Positions 9,242-18,642 of a stretch of 64,000 nucleotides of DNA are shown in pieces. Made by a program: the position numbers and the translations under genes. The stretch's first letter is position 1. Every line of letters starts with the position of its first letter. The stretch comes from Bacteriovoracia bacterium (GTDB taxonomy: Bacteria > Bdellovibrionota > Bacteriovoracia > Bacteriovoracales > Bacteriovoracaceae): assembly GCA_046570105.1 (NCBI GenBank), contig JBKHVI010000002.1, positions 74,737-138,736 on the forward strand, written 5' to 3'. The notes beneath the pieces were generated by a model, which was not told where the DNA came from, made no database searches, and was given only the letters and a program-made list of their open reading frames with translations.

Positions 9242-10417
9242 ATGCTGTTTTTAGCTCTTATTTTCTCAACTCTCACTCAGGCCCAGACACTATTAGTTGA
9301 GAAAAAAACTTTTGATTTGCCGGAGTATCGCACAGTCAGTGGTGAAACCATTGCACCGGTTCGTGTGGGTTATGAAACCTATGGCAAATTAAATGAAAAA
9401 AAATCCAACGCTATCTTGATTGCCCATTTTTATTCAGGAAGTTCTCACGCTGCGGGCAAGTATGCTGAGACAGATAAAGCACCAGGCTATTGGGACAGTA
9501 TAATCGGACCGGGTAAGGCCCTCGACACCAACAAATATTTCATCATCAGCTCAGATACCTTAGTTAATATTGCCACTAAAAATCCCACAGTGATTACCAC
9601 TGGTCCTGCCAGCATTAATCCAAAAACAAAGAAGCCTTATGCCATGAGCTTTCCTCTGGTGGGAGTGCGTGACTTTGTGAATGTACAGCATGCTCTCATT
9701 CAATCTTTGGGTATTACTAAACTCCATACTGTCATGGGTGCTTCTGGTGGTGCCGCCCAAGCGATGGAGTGGGCCGCCGCATATCCCGATCAAGTTGAGC
9801 GCGTAATTTCAGTCATAGGCCCTGGTCTTTCTATGCCTCCTTACGTTATCGCACTTCTTAATATGTGGTCGATGCCCATACGTTTGGACAAAAACTGGCG
9901 CTCTGGTGACTATTACGGACTCAGTGAACCTACTGAGGGTGTGGCCGAAGCGATGAAATTTGTTATTTTGTCGGCGGTACATTTTGATTGGGCCGAAAAA
10001 GGTTTTGGCAGTGGAGCTGCTGATCCCGCCAAAGATCCTTTGAAAGCTTATGAAAATAAATTTGCGGTTGAAAAAGGTCTAAGTCACACAGGTGCTTTAC
10101 GCGGCCAAATGGTAGACGCCAATTCTTTTCTCTACACCGCTAAGGCGATTCAAACTTTTAACGTGGAGGATGCCGCTAAAAAAATCAAAGCGGCCACACT
10201 CTTTATTCCCGCCGATACCGACATGATTTTCCCGCCAGAGGTTTCTTACAAGGCCATGAACAAACTATGCTCACTTGGAAAACATGCTGAAGCTTTTGAG
10301 ATCAAAGGCCGAGGAGGACATCTGGATGGTCTTTTCCAAATCTCTCAAGCAGAAAAGCGCATCAGACAATTTCTTGCTGGTAAGAATAGTAAAAAATGTG
10401 GAGCTCGAAGTTTCTAA
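9242..10417 (+). CDS. MetX (homoserine O-acetyltransferase)-like alpha/beta hydrolase with signal peptide
   Basis: GYETYGKLN, SHAAG, GYWDSIIGPGKALDTNKYFII, nucleophile motif VMGASGG, DTDMIFP and GGHLDG. Confidence 0.75.
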   Translation: MLFLALIFSTLTQAQTLLVEKKTFDLPEYRTVSGETIAPVRVGYETYGKLNEKKSNAILIAHFYSGSSHAAGKYAETDKAPGYWDSIIGPGKALDTNKYFIISSDTLVNIATKNPTVITTGPASINPKTKKPYAMSFPLVGVRDFVNVQHALIQSLGITKLHTVMGASGGAAQAMEWAAAYPDQVERVISVIGPGLSMPPYVIALLNMWSMPIRLDKNWRSGDYYGLSEPTEGVAEAMKFVILSAVHFDWAEKGFGSGAADPAKDPLKAYENKFAVEKGLSHTGALRGQMVDANSFLYTAKAIQTFNVEDAAKKIKAATLFIPADTDMIFPPEVSYKAMNKLCSLGKHAEAFEIKGRGGHLDGLFQISQAEKRIRQFLAGKNSKKCGARSF

Positions 10418-11148
10418 TCATCATTTTTAATGAAACTTCCCTCCGCTACCGCAGAAAGATAGCGCACCAATCGCAACCCTTTTTTAGGGCTATTGAGTTC
10501 CATGATTGTCCGTCGCGCATATCTCTCTTCAAGTGCACGAACATCTTTATGAAATTCTTCTAAGGCTTCATCTGTGAGTTGATAAAACTGTAAAACAGAG
10601 CGAGAGGAATCTCCTTCTGAATTGGCCTCTCGCAAAAGATCTTTCGTCCATTTCTCTTGGATTTTTTCCATAAATGGCCCACTAAATTGCCATCGTATGG
10701 GCCTCATACGTGGCAACTTAACAACATCACGAGCGCCGACAATAATCAGATTGAGCTTATCCAGTCGCAGCAGAATTTTCTGAATCTCTTTTTCGTTCAA
10801 TTCAAACTGTTGTTGAATTTGTTGCGGTGTTTGCCGCTGATACACCAATAACCAAAAAATCTTAAAGGCCAATGGCTCTTTTAAAAAATACTGTTGTTGT
10901 GCAGTGGTAAAACTAAACGTTTTAACACTCTCCTCTTCTAGCGCCTTCATGACATGGGCAATCGATACACCCAACGCTTCAGAGATGCGGGAGATGCGCT
11001 CAAATGATCCGTCTTTCGAAGTAAACCATTTTTTAATCGTCGACTCCGGTACGTCTAATGACTTGGCCAAAGTAGCGTAAGTCGCTCCTTGCTTACGAAG
11101 TATGCGCTTAAGTTGTGTCATGATGTGTGAGTACTCAATTCGCGCCAT
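10414..11148 (-). CDS. XRE-family HTH transcriptional regulator
   Basis: N-terminal HTH (TYATLAKSLDVPESTIKKWF) plus a second winged-helix-like region. Confidence 0.8.
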   Translation of the reverse strand: MARIEYSHIMTQLKRILRKQGATYATLAKSLDVPESTIKKWFTSKDGSFERISRISEALGVSIAHVMKALEEESVKTFSFTTAQQQYFLKEPLAFKIFWLLVYQRQTPQQIQQQFELNEKEIQKILLRLDKLNLIIVGARDVVKLPRMRPIRWQFSGPFMEKIQEKWTKDLLREANSEGDSSRSVLQFYQLTDEALEEFHKDVRALEERYARRTIMELNSPKKGLRLVRYLSAVAEGSFIKNDD

Positions 11149-11166
11149 AAAACCTCTTTCAAAGAA

Positions 11167-11185
11167 AGTACCATCTTTTGGAACT
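11167..11185. promoter_or_regulatory. Candidate operator (imperfect palindrome) between the divergent regulator and desaturase genes
   Basis: AGTACCA-tcttt-TGGAACT, with a partial second half-site AGCACCA at about 11199. Confidence 0.35.
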
Positions 11186-11283
11186 AATTGTAGGAATTAG
11201 CACCATTTTACCTAGCTTTTCGATCAGCCTCTCTCGAGTGTTGTCAAAACAGGTACAACTAAGAAACAAATCAGAGGATATAT

Positions 11284-12210
11284 ATGGGCCCGCAAAGTTT
11301 ATTTATTCAAATAAGAAAAAACCCATGGTTTTTACTTCAGCAATACTTGCGAGAAATGCTCGTTTTTTTAGTTTTAATCGCCTTGCTTTTTGCCTTTCCG
11401 GCGGCCCGTCCTAGTATCGCAAATTGGGCCATTCCTGGCCTTCTCCTCTGCGCTATCGTCTACGGATGTGCCCTCTCCTCGTTCTTACACAACACTTCTC
11501 ACGGCAACATCCCTAATAAACTCTTAAACCGCATAGTAGGTGAATGGTGTGGGGCGTGGGTCAGTTATGGTTATACCAATTTTGTGATGATTCACATGCT
11601 TCATCATCAATTCTCCGATGAAGAGCTCGATCCCGTGAACCCCAAGGGCATGAACTTCCTGCTCTTTTTGTCAGCACCGATGCGCTACATGATTAAGACC
11701 ACCAAGCAGTATCTATTCATGGTTCATCAAGCGATTCCTCATTACGCCAAAATCATGCAGGCCCAAACTGTTGTCTTTCATATCAATCTTATTTTACGTG
11801 TCAGCTTCTGGTATCTCCTGTTAGGACAAGATCTTTTTGTCTGGTTCTACCTGCCAACCCTTCTCACCAACTTTGCTATTTATGCTCATATCAATTACGT
11901 CTGTCATCGTGACCATGCTGACGGTTCAGTTGAAGTAGTGAATTTAAACCACAATCTCTATTATCAAATTGCCAATAGACTCACCTTTGGTGGCTATTTT
12001 CATAAGAATCATCATCAAAAACTCTCAAGCTTCAATCCTTCTCTGATGAATCAAGATATTTGGGTTCCCACACCAGGCACAGGAGTGGCCCATTACTTCT
12101 CACTTAATGATATTTGGGGAGAGAGACGCAAGGAGCGCTTAACGCTCTCGCAATTGTATCCAAAGGCCGCCCAAAGGCTTCAGGCTCACATGAGCGATAT
12201 CTTGCGGTAG
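11284..12210 (+). CDS. Membrane fatty acid desaturase family protein
   Basis: Three His boxes (HNTSH, HMLHH, HKNHH) and TM segments. Confidence 0.85.
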   Translation: MGPQSLFIQIRKNPWFLLQQYLREMLVFLVLIALLFAFPAARPSIANWAIPGLLLCAIVYGCALSSFLHNTSHGNIPNKLLNRIVGEWCGAWVSYGYTNFVMIHMLHHQFSDEELDPVNPKGMNFLLFLSAPMRYMIKTTKQYLFMVHQAIPHYAKIMQAQTVVFHINLILRVSFWYLLLGQDLFVWFYLPTLLTNFAIYAHINYVCHRDHADGSVEVVNLNHNLYYQIANRLTFGGYFHKNHHQKLSSFNPSLMNQDIWVPTPGTGVAHYFSLNDIWGERRKERLTLSQLYPKAAQRLQAHMSDILR

Positions 12211-13503
12211 CTCTGAAATCGGAGCGACCTCAAAACGTTTAAAAAATTGCACCAGGACACAACTGATTTCTGCCATGGCAAAGAGCTCTCCGATACAGCG
12301 CCGGGGTCCCTTCGAGAAAGGCAGAAAAGCATAAGACTTCTCTGCTTCATCATCAAAAAATCGCTCTGGCATGAACTCAAGCGCCTTTGGCCAATTCGCT
12401 TCACTTCTCTGCATGACATATATCGGAATCACTACGTTGGTATGGGCGGCGATTTTGTAAGCGCCTAATTCAGTCGTGACACGTGCTTTTCGCGAAAGCA
12501 CGGGAAAGGCCGGATACAAGCGCATGGCCTCGCGAATAATACTCATCAGCCACGGACGTTTGAGGTAGTCAGCTTCAGTACTTGTTTCAATCTCTTCTCT
12601 GAGCTTTTCTTGATACTCAGGATAACGAGCTAACAGACCTACAATCCATGTCAACGTATGAGCTGTCGTTTCATGACCGGCCAACATGAGCGTCAAGACT
12701 TCATCGCGAATTTCACCATCGCTCATGCGTTTACCCGTATCGGGGTCCATCGCATGCACCAGTCGCGCTAGAACACTTTGTGCTTCATTCGTTTGCTCAC
12801 GTGACTTTTCAGCTTGAATGAGTTTTTGAACCGTTTCATTGAGCACTTTGTAATGTTGATTAAACTTTAAATAAGTCGGAGTCGGCGCCCAGTAAGGCAA
12901 TGGAAAAAATTGAAAGATGCGTTTGTAGGTCACTTCGGCGGTGTAGTCGACTGCTTGACTAATTTTCCGGGCCTCTATCTCACTTAAGTTGGCCCCTAAG
13001 AAAGTCTCCGCTGCCATGGCAAAGGTTAAAAGTTTAAACTCTTCGCAAATATCAATTTTTTGGTCGGTACTAATTTTATTTAACTGCTGGTCAGTGACTT
13101 GATGAAATTTCATCATGAAGCGAGCAATCGCCTTGGAGTTAAACTCACGCCCTAGAATACTTCGATGCCACAACCAAGATTCTTGATCATTATTTGTGGC
13201 AAGTCCGTCGCCTACGACCGCTTTGAGTTCTTCAATCTGCTCACCCTTGATATAAGAGCGTTGTTCCTCGACTAAAACTTTACGAATCATTTCCGGTGAG
13301 TAAATGATTATCGAGTTCATGGGCCATGGGAAACTAGCGATCGCGCCATACTCTTGATGGACTTTCGTGAAAGCTCCTAGAATATTTTGTTGAAAAAACC
13401 TCACCCATCGCCAATACGAAAGACCTCGAGGTCCAGGAATACCTGTCAACTTCACAAATGTGAGTAGTTTATTACTGGAAGTTCTGCGATTGGGATTGGC
13501 CAC
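12139..13503 (-). CDS. Cytochrome P450
   Basis: AGHETT I-helix, EAMR (ExxR), PERF and FSKGPRRCIG heme-ligand motif. Confidence 0.95.
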   Translation of the reverse strand: MANPNRRTSSNKLLTFVKLTGIPGPRGLSYWRWVRFFQQNILGAFTKVHQEYGAIASFPWPMNSIIIYSPEMIRKVLVEEQRSYIKGEQIEELKAVVGDGLATNNDQESWLWHRSILGREFNSKAIARFMMKFHQVTDQQLNKISTDQKIDICEEFKLLTFAMAAETFLGANLSEIEARKISQAVDYTAEVTYKRIFQFFPLPYWAPTPTYLKFNQHYKVLNETVQKLIQAEKSREQTNEAQSVLARLVHAMDPDTGKRMSDGEIRDEVLTLMLAGHETTAHTLTWIVGLLARYPEYQEKLREEIETSTEADYLKRPWLMSIIREAMRLYPAFPVLSRKARVTTELGAYKIAAHTNVVIPIYVMQRSEANWPKALEFMPERFFDDEAEKSYAFLPFSKGPRRCIGELFAMAEISCVLVQFFKRFEVAPISELPQDIAHVSLKPLGGLWIQLRER

Positions 13504-13527
13504 GATTTATCGTAGCAGCTTTGTGGA

Positions 13528-14034
13528 CTAGCGCAACTCCATCTGGGCCTCATAGCCATTCAACAGTGGTATTGAACTAATAAACACCACTTTTATCCAT
13601 CCCCATCCCGCTCCAGGAAGCGTCGGGTGATAAATGATGTCCATGCGTGAGCGACCATTTTTGGGAAAAACTTGCACTAAGTGAGCATCTTTTAGATCAC
13701 GCCACTGAGTGCGACGAACATATTTCAATAGGCCATCATCGACTTCCATTTCACCTTTGAGTTCTAGTTCAAGATAACCGCGCTCATCTTTGAAGAGCTC
13801 CGGAAGATCGACTTGCGAGTCACCCTTCAGTGCACTCGAAGGAATCGGTGCCCAAGATTTTTTCTTAATATCGTAGGTCATCAAAGTTTTAAAAAGCACC
13901 GGATCTGCTAACACTTCAACAGAGGCGGTACCGCCCTTATGAAGTTTTCCTTCAAGAATACGATACTGGGCCACCGAGTTGGCCCAGCTCGCAAAACTTA
14001 CTAAAAATAAAGCAGCAACTAGAAGTGTTCTCAT
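13528..14034 (-). CDS. Secreted hypothetical protein
   Basis: Signal peptide MRTLLVAALFLVSFASWA; starts 1 bp downstream of the large S8 gene. Confidence 0.7.
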   Translation of the reverse strand: MRTLLVAALFLVSFASWANSVAQYRILEGKLHKGGTASVEVLADPVLFKTLMTYDIKKKSWAPIPSSALKGDSQVDLPELFKDERGYLELELKGEMEVDDGLLKYVRRTQWRDLKDAHLVQVFPKNGRSRMDIIYHPTLPGAGWGWIKVVFISSIPLLNGYEAQMELR

Positions 14035-14035
14035 A

Positions 14036-17000
14036 TTACTTTAGGATGATTTCCTGCATATCACGAGTTTCATCACGTTTGCCGTCTGAGTTACTTGGAA
14101 CATAAAGTACCAACGGACGATTGACTTGCTTCGCGATCTCTACACTCTTCGTTTCAAGAGCACCCACTTCAATACGCTCTGGCATATTCGTGAACGTCTT
14201 AGGAATTTTCACGTTAAACCACTTCTCTTTCTTGAAGAAGTCATCGGCCATAACTGAGTTTTCATTTTCATTCAACACAGCAAGCTTGATCTTCAACTGG
14301 CCATTGTCTTGAACCTTAAGTTTAGAGAGATCCATTTCCATCACATTCACAGAAGTCATCTGGAATGGAGTAAGTGGTAAAAGTTCAACCACAGCTTCCA
14401 TATAGTCTTCTTCTTTTTCATCGCTACCATTTGAGTCGCGCTGAACTTGTTCAAAGAGAGCGCGCATCTCACGTGCTTTAGTGGCATCCAAAAGCAGTGA
14501 ATAACTTCCTGCAGGAGCGACCTTATCAAGACCTGGCAAACGACCTTGAATGGTTGAAACCCATTCTTGATCAGCGATACCGTCTTTATCTCCATCAATC
14601 TGAATAGAAACATCACATGACTGCCAGTTACTCACAGACTCAAAGAGTTTCACGCCGATTTGAATAAATGTCTTCTCTTCAGGGCCATTTTCACCTTGAA
14701 CTGATTTCTTCACCAAACGATAGCCGGCAGACTTAAGATCACACGCGCGTGAGCGGATATGAGCTAACTCTCCAGCACTTGGCTTGCGCTCATCAAGGCC
14801 CAACAAATGGAACGGAAGGGCGACACCTTTGATAGCACTGGCATTGGCCAAGACAACGCTCGCCTTGTCAGCATCCTGCACTAATGCCGGAGCACTGATG
14901 AGAGCTGATTGGTGAACCACAGCAAGAACTGGGAATGAGGCGATAAGGCCATCTGCACCATTAAGTTTTAAGTAACCTTGGTAGTTAGCACGCTCCACTC
15001 CTGTGCGAGCAAGAGTAAACGTAAGGGGCAATTCAACAGATGCTCCCGGAGCAATCGTTGTCGCAGGAATCTCACTGACTGTGAGGCCATCAGAGAATTC
15101 TGTTGAAGCGGTGAAACTGACTTCTGCATCTGACATATTGGTCAAACGAAGAACTTCCGTTTTTTGACGATTCACCAAGAGATCCATTTTTCCTAGAGAG
15201 AAAGCACCACGAGAAGGAAGAAGCGTCGCTGTAGCGGCCTTCATCACATCAACGCGGCCTGCACCTTGTGCAGTCACTGGGTATCGAACACCTTTTGAGT
15301 CATTGATAATTTTAGCTGTGCTCATCAAGATATGCTTGTGATCAAGAACAGAAAGATTAGGGTAACGCTGCTTCATCAGACCCAAAACACCACCCATATG
15401 GGGTGACGCCATTGACGTACCATTTAAGCGAGCGACTTTACTTCCCTGGCCAGCATCAGCTGAAACGATCTGTTGCCCTGGAGCGACGATTTCTGGCTTC
15501 AAAATGCCGTCTTCTGAACGAGGACCGCGTGATGAGAAACCAGTGATGGTGTCTTCCATCTCAGGAACATCAAATTTAAATTCTGTCGAGAAAGAGAAGC
15601 TGACATTTTTCTGAGCAGTGAGTGCTTCTTTAATCGTTTGACCATCTTTCTTCGAGATCATCACGACTGGAATTTCCATACGTGTGCTTGATCCACCTGG
15701 TGGCGTTGGTGGTTCGTCGTTATTGTTTACAATTGCCACGCCAACAGCACCAGCATCAAGGGCACGTTTTGATTTGTTCTCAAACGTTTCAACTCCACGA
15801 TCAATGATCGCTACGTTGCCTTTCACCGCTGCTTTTTGCTCTTCCGTTAGATCAGTCGCCGCAAGTCCGATAAAGACTGCTTTCGACGTCACAACTTCAC
15901 CTTCCTTGAGTTCTTTAGAGAAAGAACCAAAAGAAGCTTGGATATTGGTTGCTACCGAATCGATATTCATTTGAGATGCATCGATCTGGAGGTTATGAAG
16001 CATATTATCAATACCGGCCGCCACTGAGATCGCTTCAAGCGCAGTACTGGGAGCTCCCACGATAAATGGATTATCGCCTGAGTTACCAGCGGCAGCGACG
16101 ACAGAAACACCAGCGCGAACTGTGTTCTTGACTGCTTCTGCGTAGTTGATAGATGGCTTACCGTAGTTACCACCGAGTGAGAGATTCACCACATCCAAGC
16201 GATCGCTTGGATCAAGATCTCCGTTCGGGTCAATTGAGTATTCAAGAGCGGCAATAACCACCGCATCACCGGTTGAGTCTTTACCGAAAACTTTAATGGC
16301 ATAAAGTTTCGCTTCTGGAGCGACACCGTCATAAGACGTCACACCGCCATCGCCCAAACCTGCCACAGTGCCTGCGACGTGAGTGCCGTGACCGTTGTAG
16401 TCGAGTGGGTTCTTATCCGCTTTAGGAATGCGTGCTTCTTTATAAGGAGAGCCTGGTGAGTACTTATCGCCTACGAGGTCAATACCACCGATGACTTTCT
16501 CATTGGGAAAGCTCGCAACTTCAAGTGTTGCATCAATAGCTTTGTATTCTTCAATAGAGCCACTGCCGCCCATCATAGTGTGAGTGTAGTCGATACCGGT
16601 ATCGATGATACCAATGCGCAGACCTTTACCATCAAGGCCTAAGTCAGCGCGCGCCTTTTCTGCGCCAATGAACGCCACCGAGTTGCGTGTGCGGAAGTCT
16701 TGCACAGTTTTTTCAAGATTAGCACGCACTTGAGCGCGCTCAACTACATCCGGAGCACTAAAGAGTGACATCGGACGAGCATTACGCACCATTGGAAGTT
16801 TATTGACTTGGCCCATAACACTTGGAGCTGCGGCGATGGTGACTGAGTTCATCGAAAGCTTCGTGCTATAGAGCACGTGAATCGTTGGATCAATCGCTTG
16901 AAGTGAAGCCACGAAGTCGGCCTGTTGCTTTAAGACCAAAGCTTTCTGAGCATCATCAATAATGATTTTGCCATTCATGTAGGTTGCCGTTTCTAACAAT

Positions 17001-17170
17001 GCTTGAGCATCGAGGCGAACCATAAAAGTTTGTACTTCGTCTTTCACATCGCGGATGGAGATGATCGCGGAGTTAACCAGATCAAGTTTTTTTACATTTT
17101 CAGGCGACGTCGACATTCCACACGATGCCAAGGTTGCAAGCAAGGCCAGTGCTGGGATTTTTTTCATCAT
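14036..17170 (-). CDS. Large S8 subtilase lipoprotein with PA domain (Vpr-like)
   Basis: Lipobox LASC; triad IIDTGID, HGTHVAG, GTSMASP; PA insert (AIIDRG...AGAVGVAIVNN); C-terminal Ig-like extension. Confidence 0.92.
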   Translation of the reverse strand: MMKKIPALALLATLASCGMSTSPENVKKLDLVNSAIISIRDVKDEVQTFMVRLDAQALLETATYMNGKIIIDDAQKALVLKQQADFVASLQAIDPTIHVLYSTKLSMNSVTIAAAPSVMGQVNKLPMVRNARPMSLFSAPDVVERAQVRANLEKTVQDFRTRNSVAFIGAEKARADLGLDGKGLRIGIIDTGIDYTHTMMGGSGSIEEYKAIDATLEVASFPNEKVIGGIDLVGDKYSPGSPYKEARIPKADKNPLDYNGHGTHVAGTVAGLGDGGVTSYDGVAPEAKLYAIKVFGKDSTGDAVVIAALEYSIDPNGDLDPSDRLDVVNLSLGGNYGKPSINYAEAVKNTVRAGVSVVAAAGNSGDNPFIVGAPSTALEAISVAAGIDNMLHNLQIDASQMNIDSVATNIQASFGSFSKELKEGEVVTSKAVFIGLAATDLTEEQKAAVKGNVAIIDRGVETFENKSKRALDAGAVGVAIVNNNDEPPTPPGGSSTRMEIPVVMISKKDGQTIKEALTAQKNVSFSFSTEFKFDVPEMEDTITGFSSRGPRSEDGILKPEIVAPGQQIVSADAGQGSKVARLNGTSMASPHMGGVLGLMKQRYPNLSVLDHKHILMSTAKIINDSKGVRYPVTAQGAGRVDVMKAATATLLPSRGAFSLGKMDLLVNRQKTEVLRLTNMSDAEVSFTASTEFSDGLTVSEIPATTIAPGASVELPLTFTLARTGVERANYQGYLKLNGADGLIASFPVLAVVHQSALISAPALVQDADKASVVLANASAIKGVALPFHLLGLDERKPSAGELAHIRSRACDLKSAGYRLVKKSVQGENGPEEKTFIQIGVKLFESVSNWQSCDVSIQIDGDKDGIADQEWVSTIQGRLPGLDKVAPAGSYSLLLDATKAREMRALFEQVQRDSNGSDEKEEDYMEAVVELLPLTPFQMTSVNVMEMDLSKLKVQDNGQLKIKLAVLNENENSVMADDFFKKEKWFNVKIPKTFTNMPERIEVGALETKSVEIAKQVNRPLVLYVPSNSDGKRDETRDMQEIILK

Positions 17171-17427
17171 AAAACTACCTCTTATCTTTCGATTGAATCC
17201 GTCATTGGGAATCGCGCCTAGTATGAATCTATCAACTATACTTGACTACTTTAAATTCCTGGCACGGCCTGTAAAAATAATAGACTGCCTTCACAAATTA
17301 ACGGAGTTAACACTCTGAAATTCGACTCGCATGGCCCAAGAGGTGGTGTCAAAATGGCCACTTTTTCTGATAGGCGATTAAGCCATTTTTAAGTCACAAT
17401 TTCTCATTCATTTAAACAGGAGATTTT

Positions 17428-17943
17428 ATGCGTTTATTCATTCTTTGCCTCACCTTCGTCTCTCTCCCTGCGATGGCGGCACTCGATCTCACTCCAGGAC
17501 TCTGGACAATTGACATGCAAATCGAAGCGCGCGGAAAAAAAATCGATCCGAGTGCTGAAATGAAAAAGGCGATGGCGAAACTCTCTCCTGAGCAACGTCA
17601 ACAAATGGCGGCGATGATGGGACAGCAAGGCGCCATGATGAGTCCGGAAGGCACCAAAGTTTGCTACACCAAAGAAATGCTCTCGATGGAAGAATCCATT
17701 GCTCGCACCGATAAAAATGAGAAATGTAAAACTAGCAAAGTGAAGGCAACATCTAAACGAGTTGAGACGACATTTGTCTGTGAGGATGGAACCAAAGGTG
17801 ATGCCGTCTGGACGGTAGAGAATGCCAAACTCTATAAAGGTCTCGTGAACATCACTGAAAAAACCGGCCAAAAATCAAAAATTAACTACACCGGTAAATT
17901 TACGAAAAGTGATTGTGGCAAAGTAAAGCCGGCCAAAATTTAA
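17428..17943 (+). CDS. DUF3617 family exported protein
   Basis: Signal peptide, TPGLW, conserved Cys pattern (VCYT, KC, FVC, SDCG) and SD AGGAG. Confidence 0.8.
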   Translation: MRLFILCLTFVSLPAMAALDLTPGLWTIDMQIEARGKKIDPSAEMKKAMAKLSPEQRQQMAAMMGQQGAMMSPEGTKVCYTKEMLSMEESIARTDKNEKCKTSKVKATSKRVETTFVCEDGTKGDAVWTVENAKLYKGLVNITEKTGQKSKINYTGKFTKSDCGKVKPAKI

Positions 17944-18551
17944 TTGAGTTTATTAAGAATCTGGAGCCGTGCTAGCGCGGCTCCCGCCCACTCAACATGA
18001 ATGTGACAATCCACTGCCCCGTAACCTCGCACATCACATTGCTCGGTCAAATCGAAATTATCACATCCTTCAAGCGCCATTCCACGCACCACACCTTTAG
18101 TTTGATAATAGCTCACACACTTCGTAGCATGAGGTGTTTTACCAAATCGCCCAATGGGTTTTGAAACTCCATCAATCATGAAAACTAAATCGGCCTTGCG
18201 GCCACACTGCTTGAGATACATTTCTGTTAACTGATAACCCCGGCCTGCTCCCCAGCTATTTATCGTCACGATCAGACCTAAGTCTTGGCGGGTTTGTTGG
18301 CCGTTCACGCACTGAAACTCATCGATGATGTTCTGTAATTCAATTTTCTTTGCATAATGAACTAACTGATAAGAGCGCACTAATTTATGATGACTCGGCA
18401 TATATTCATGTACGCCACTCGGCTGCCAAGGTGCATCTGGTTTCCTCGTTCCAAAACCGGCCACCGCCACCATGACATAATCACGTGGCTTCACTTCGGC
18501 ATAGGCCGCAAAAGCTAAGAGAATAAGGCACAGGCCCGTGATTAATTTCAT
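17940..18551 (-). CDS. Secreted Cys-rich minimal alpha/beta hydrolase-like protein
   Basis: Signal peptide, VAGFG, nucleophile-elbow-like INSWGAG, IDGV and CHIH. Confidence 0.5.
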   Translation of the reverse strand: MKLITGLCLILLAFAAYAEVKPRDYVMVAVAGFGTRKPDAPWQPSGVHEYMPSHHKLVRSYQLVHYAKKIELQNIIDEFQCVNGQQTRQDLGLIVTINSWGAGRGYQLTEMYLKQCGRKADLVFMIDGVSKPIGRFGKTPHATKCVSYYQTKGVVRGMALEGCDNFDLTEQCDVRGYGAVDCHIHVEWAGAALARLQILNKLN

Positions 18552-18604
18552 GGAAAAAGACTAACACGTGGAAAAAAGAGCGGAGAAAGAAGGGTAAGAT
18601 TTAC

Positions 18605-18629
18605 AAAAAAAGGGCCCCGAAAGGGGCCC
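18605..18629 (-). terminator. Rho-independent terminator of the S8 gene
   Basis: GGGCCCC-gaaa-GGGGCCC stem preceded by an A7 tract (U tract on minus). Confidence 0.85.
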
Positions 18630-18642
18630 CGAGAAGCGCTAA

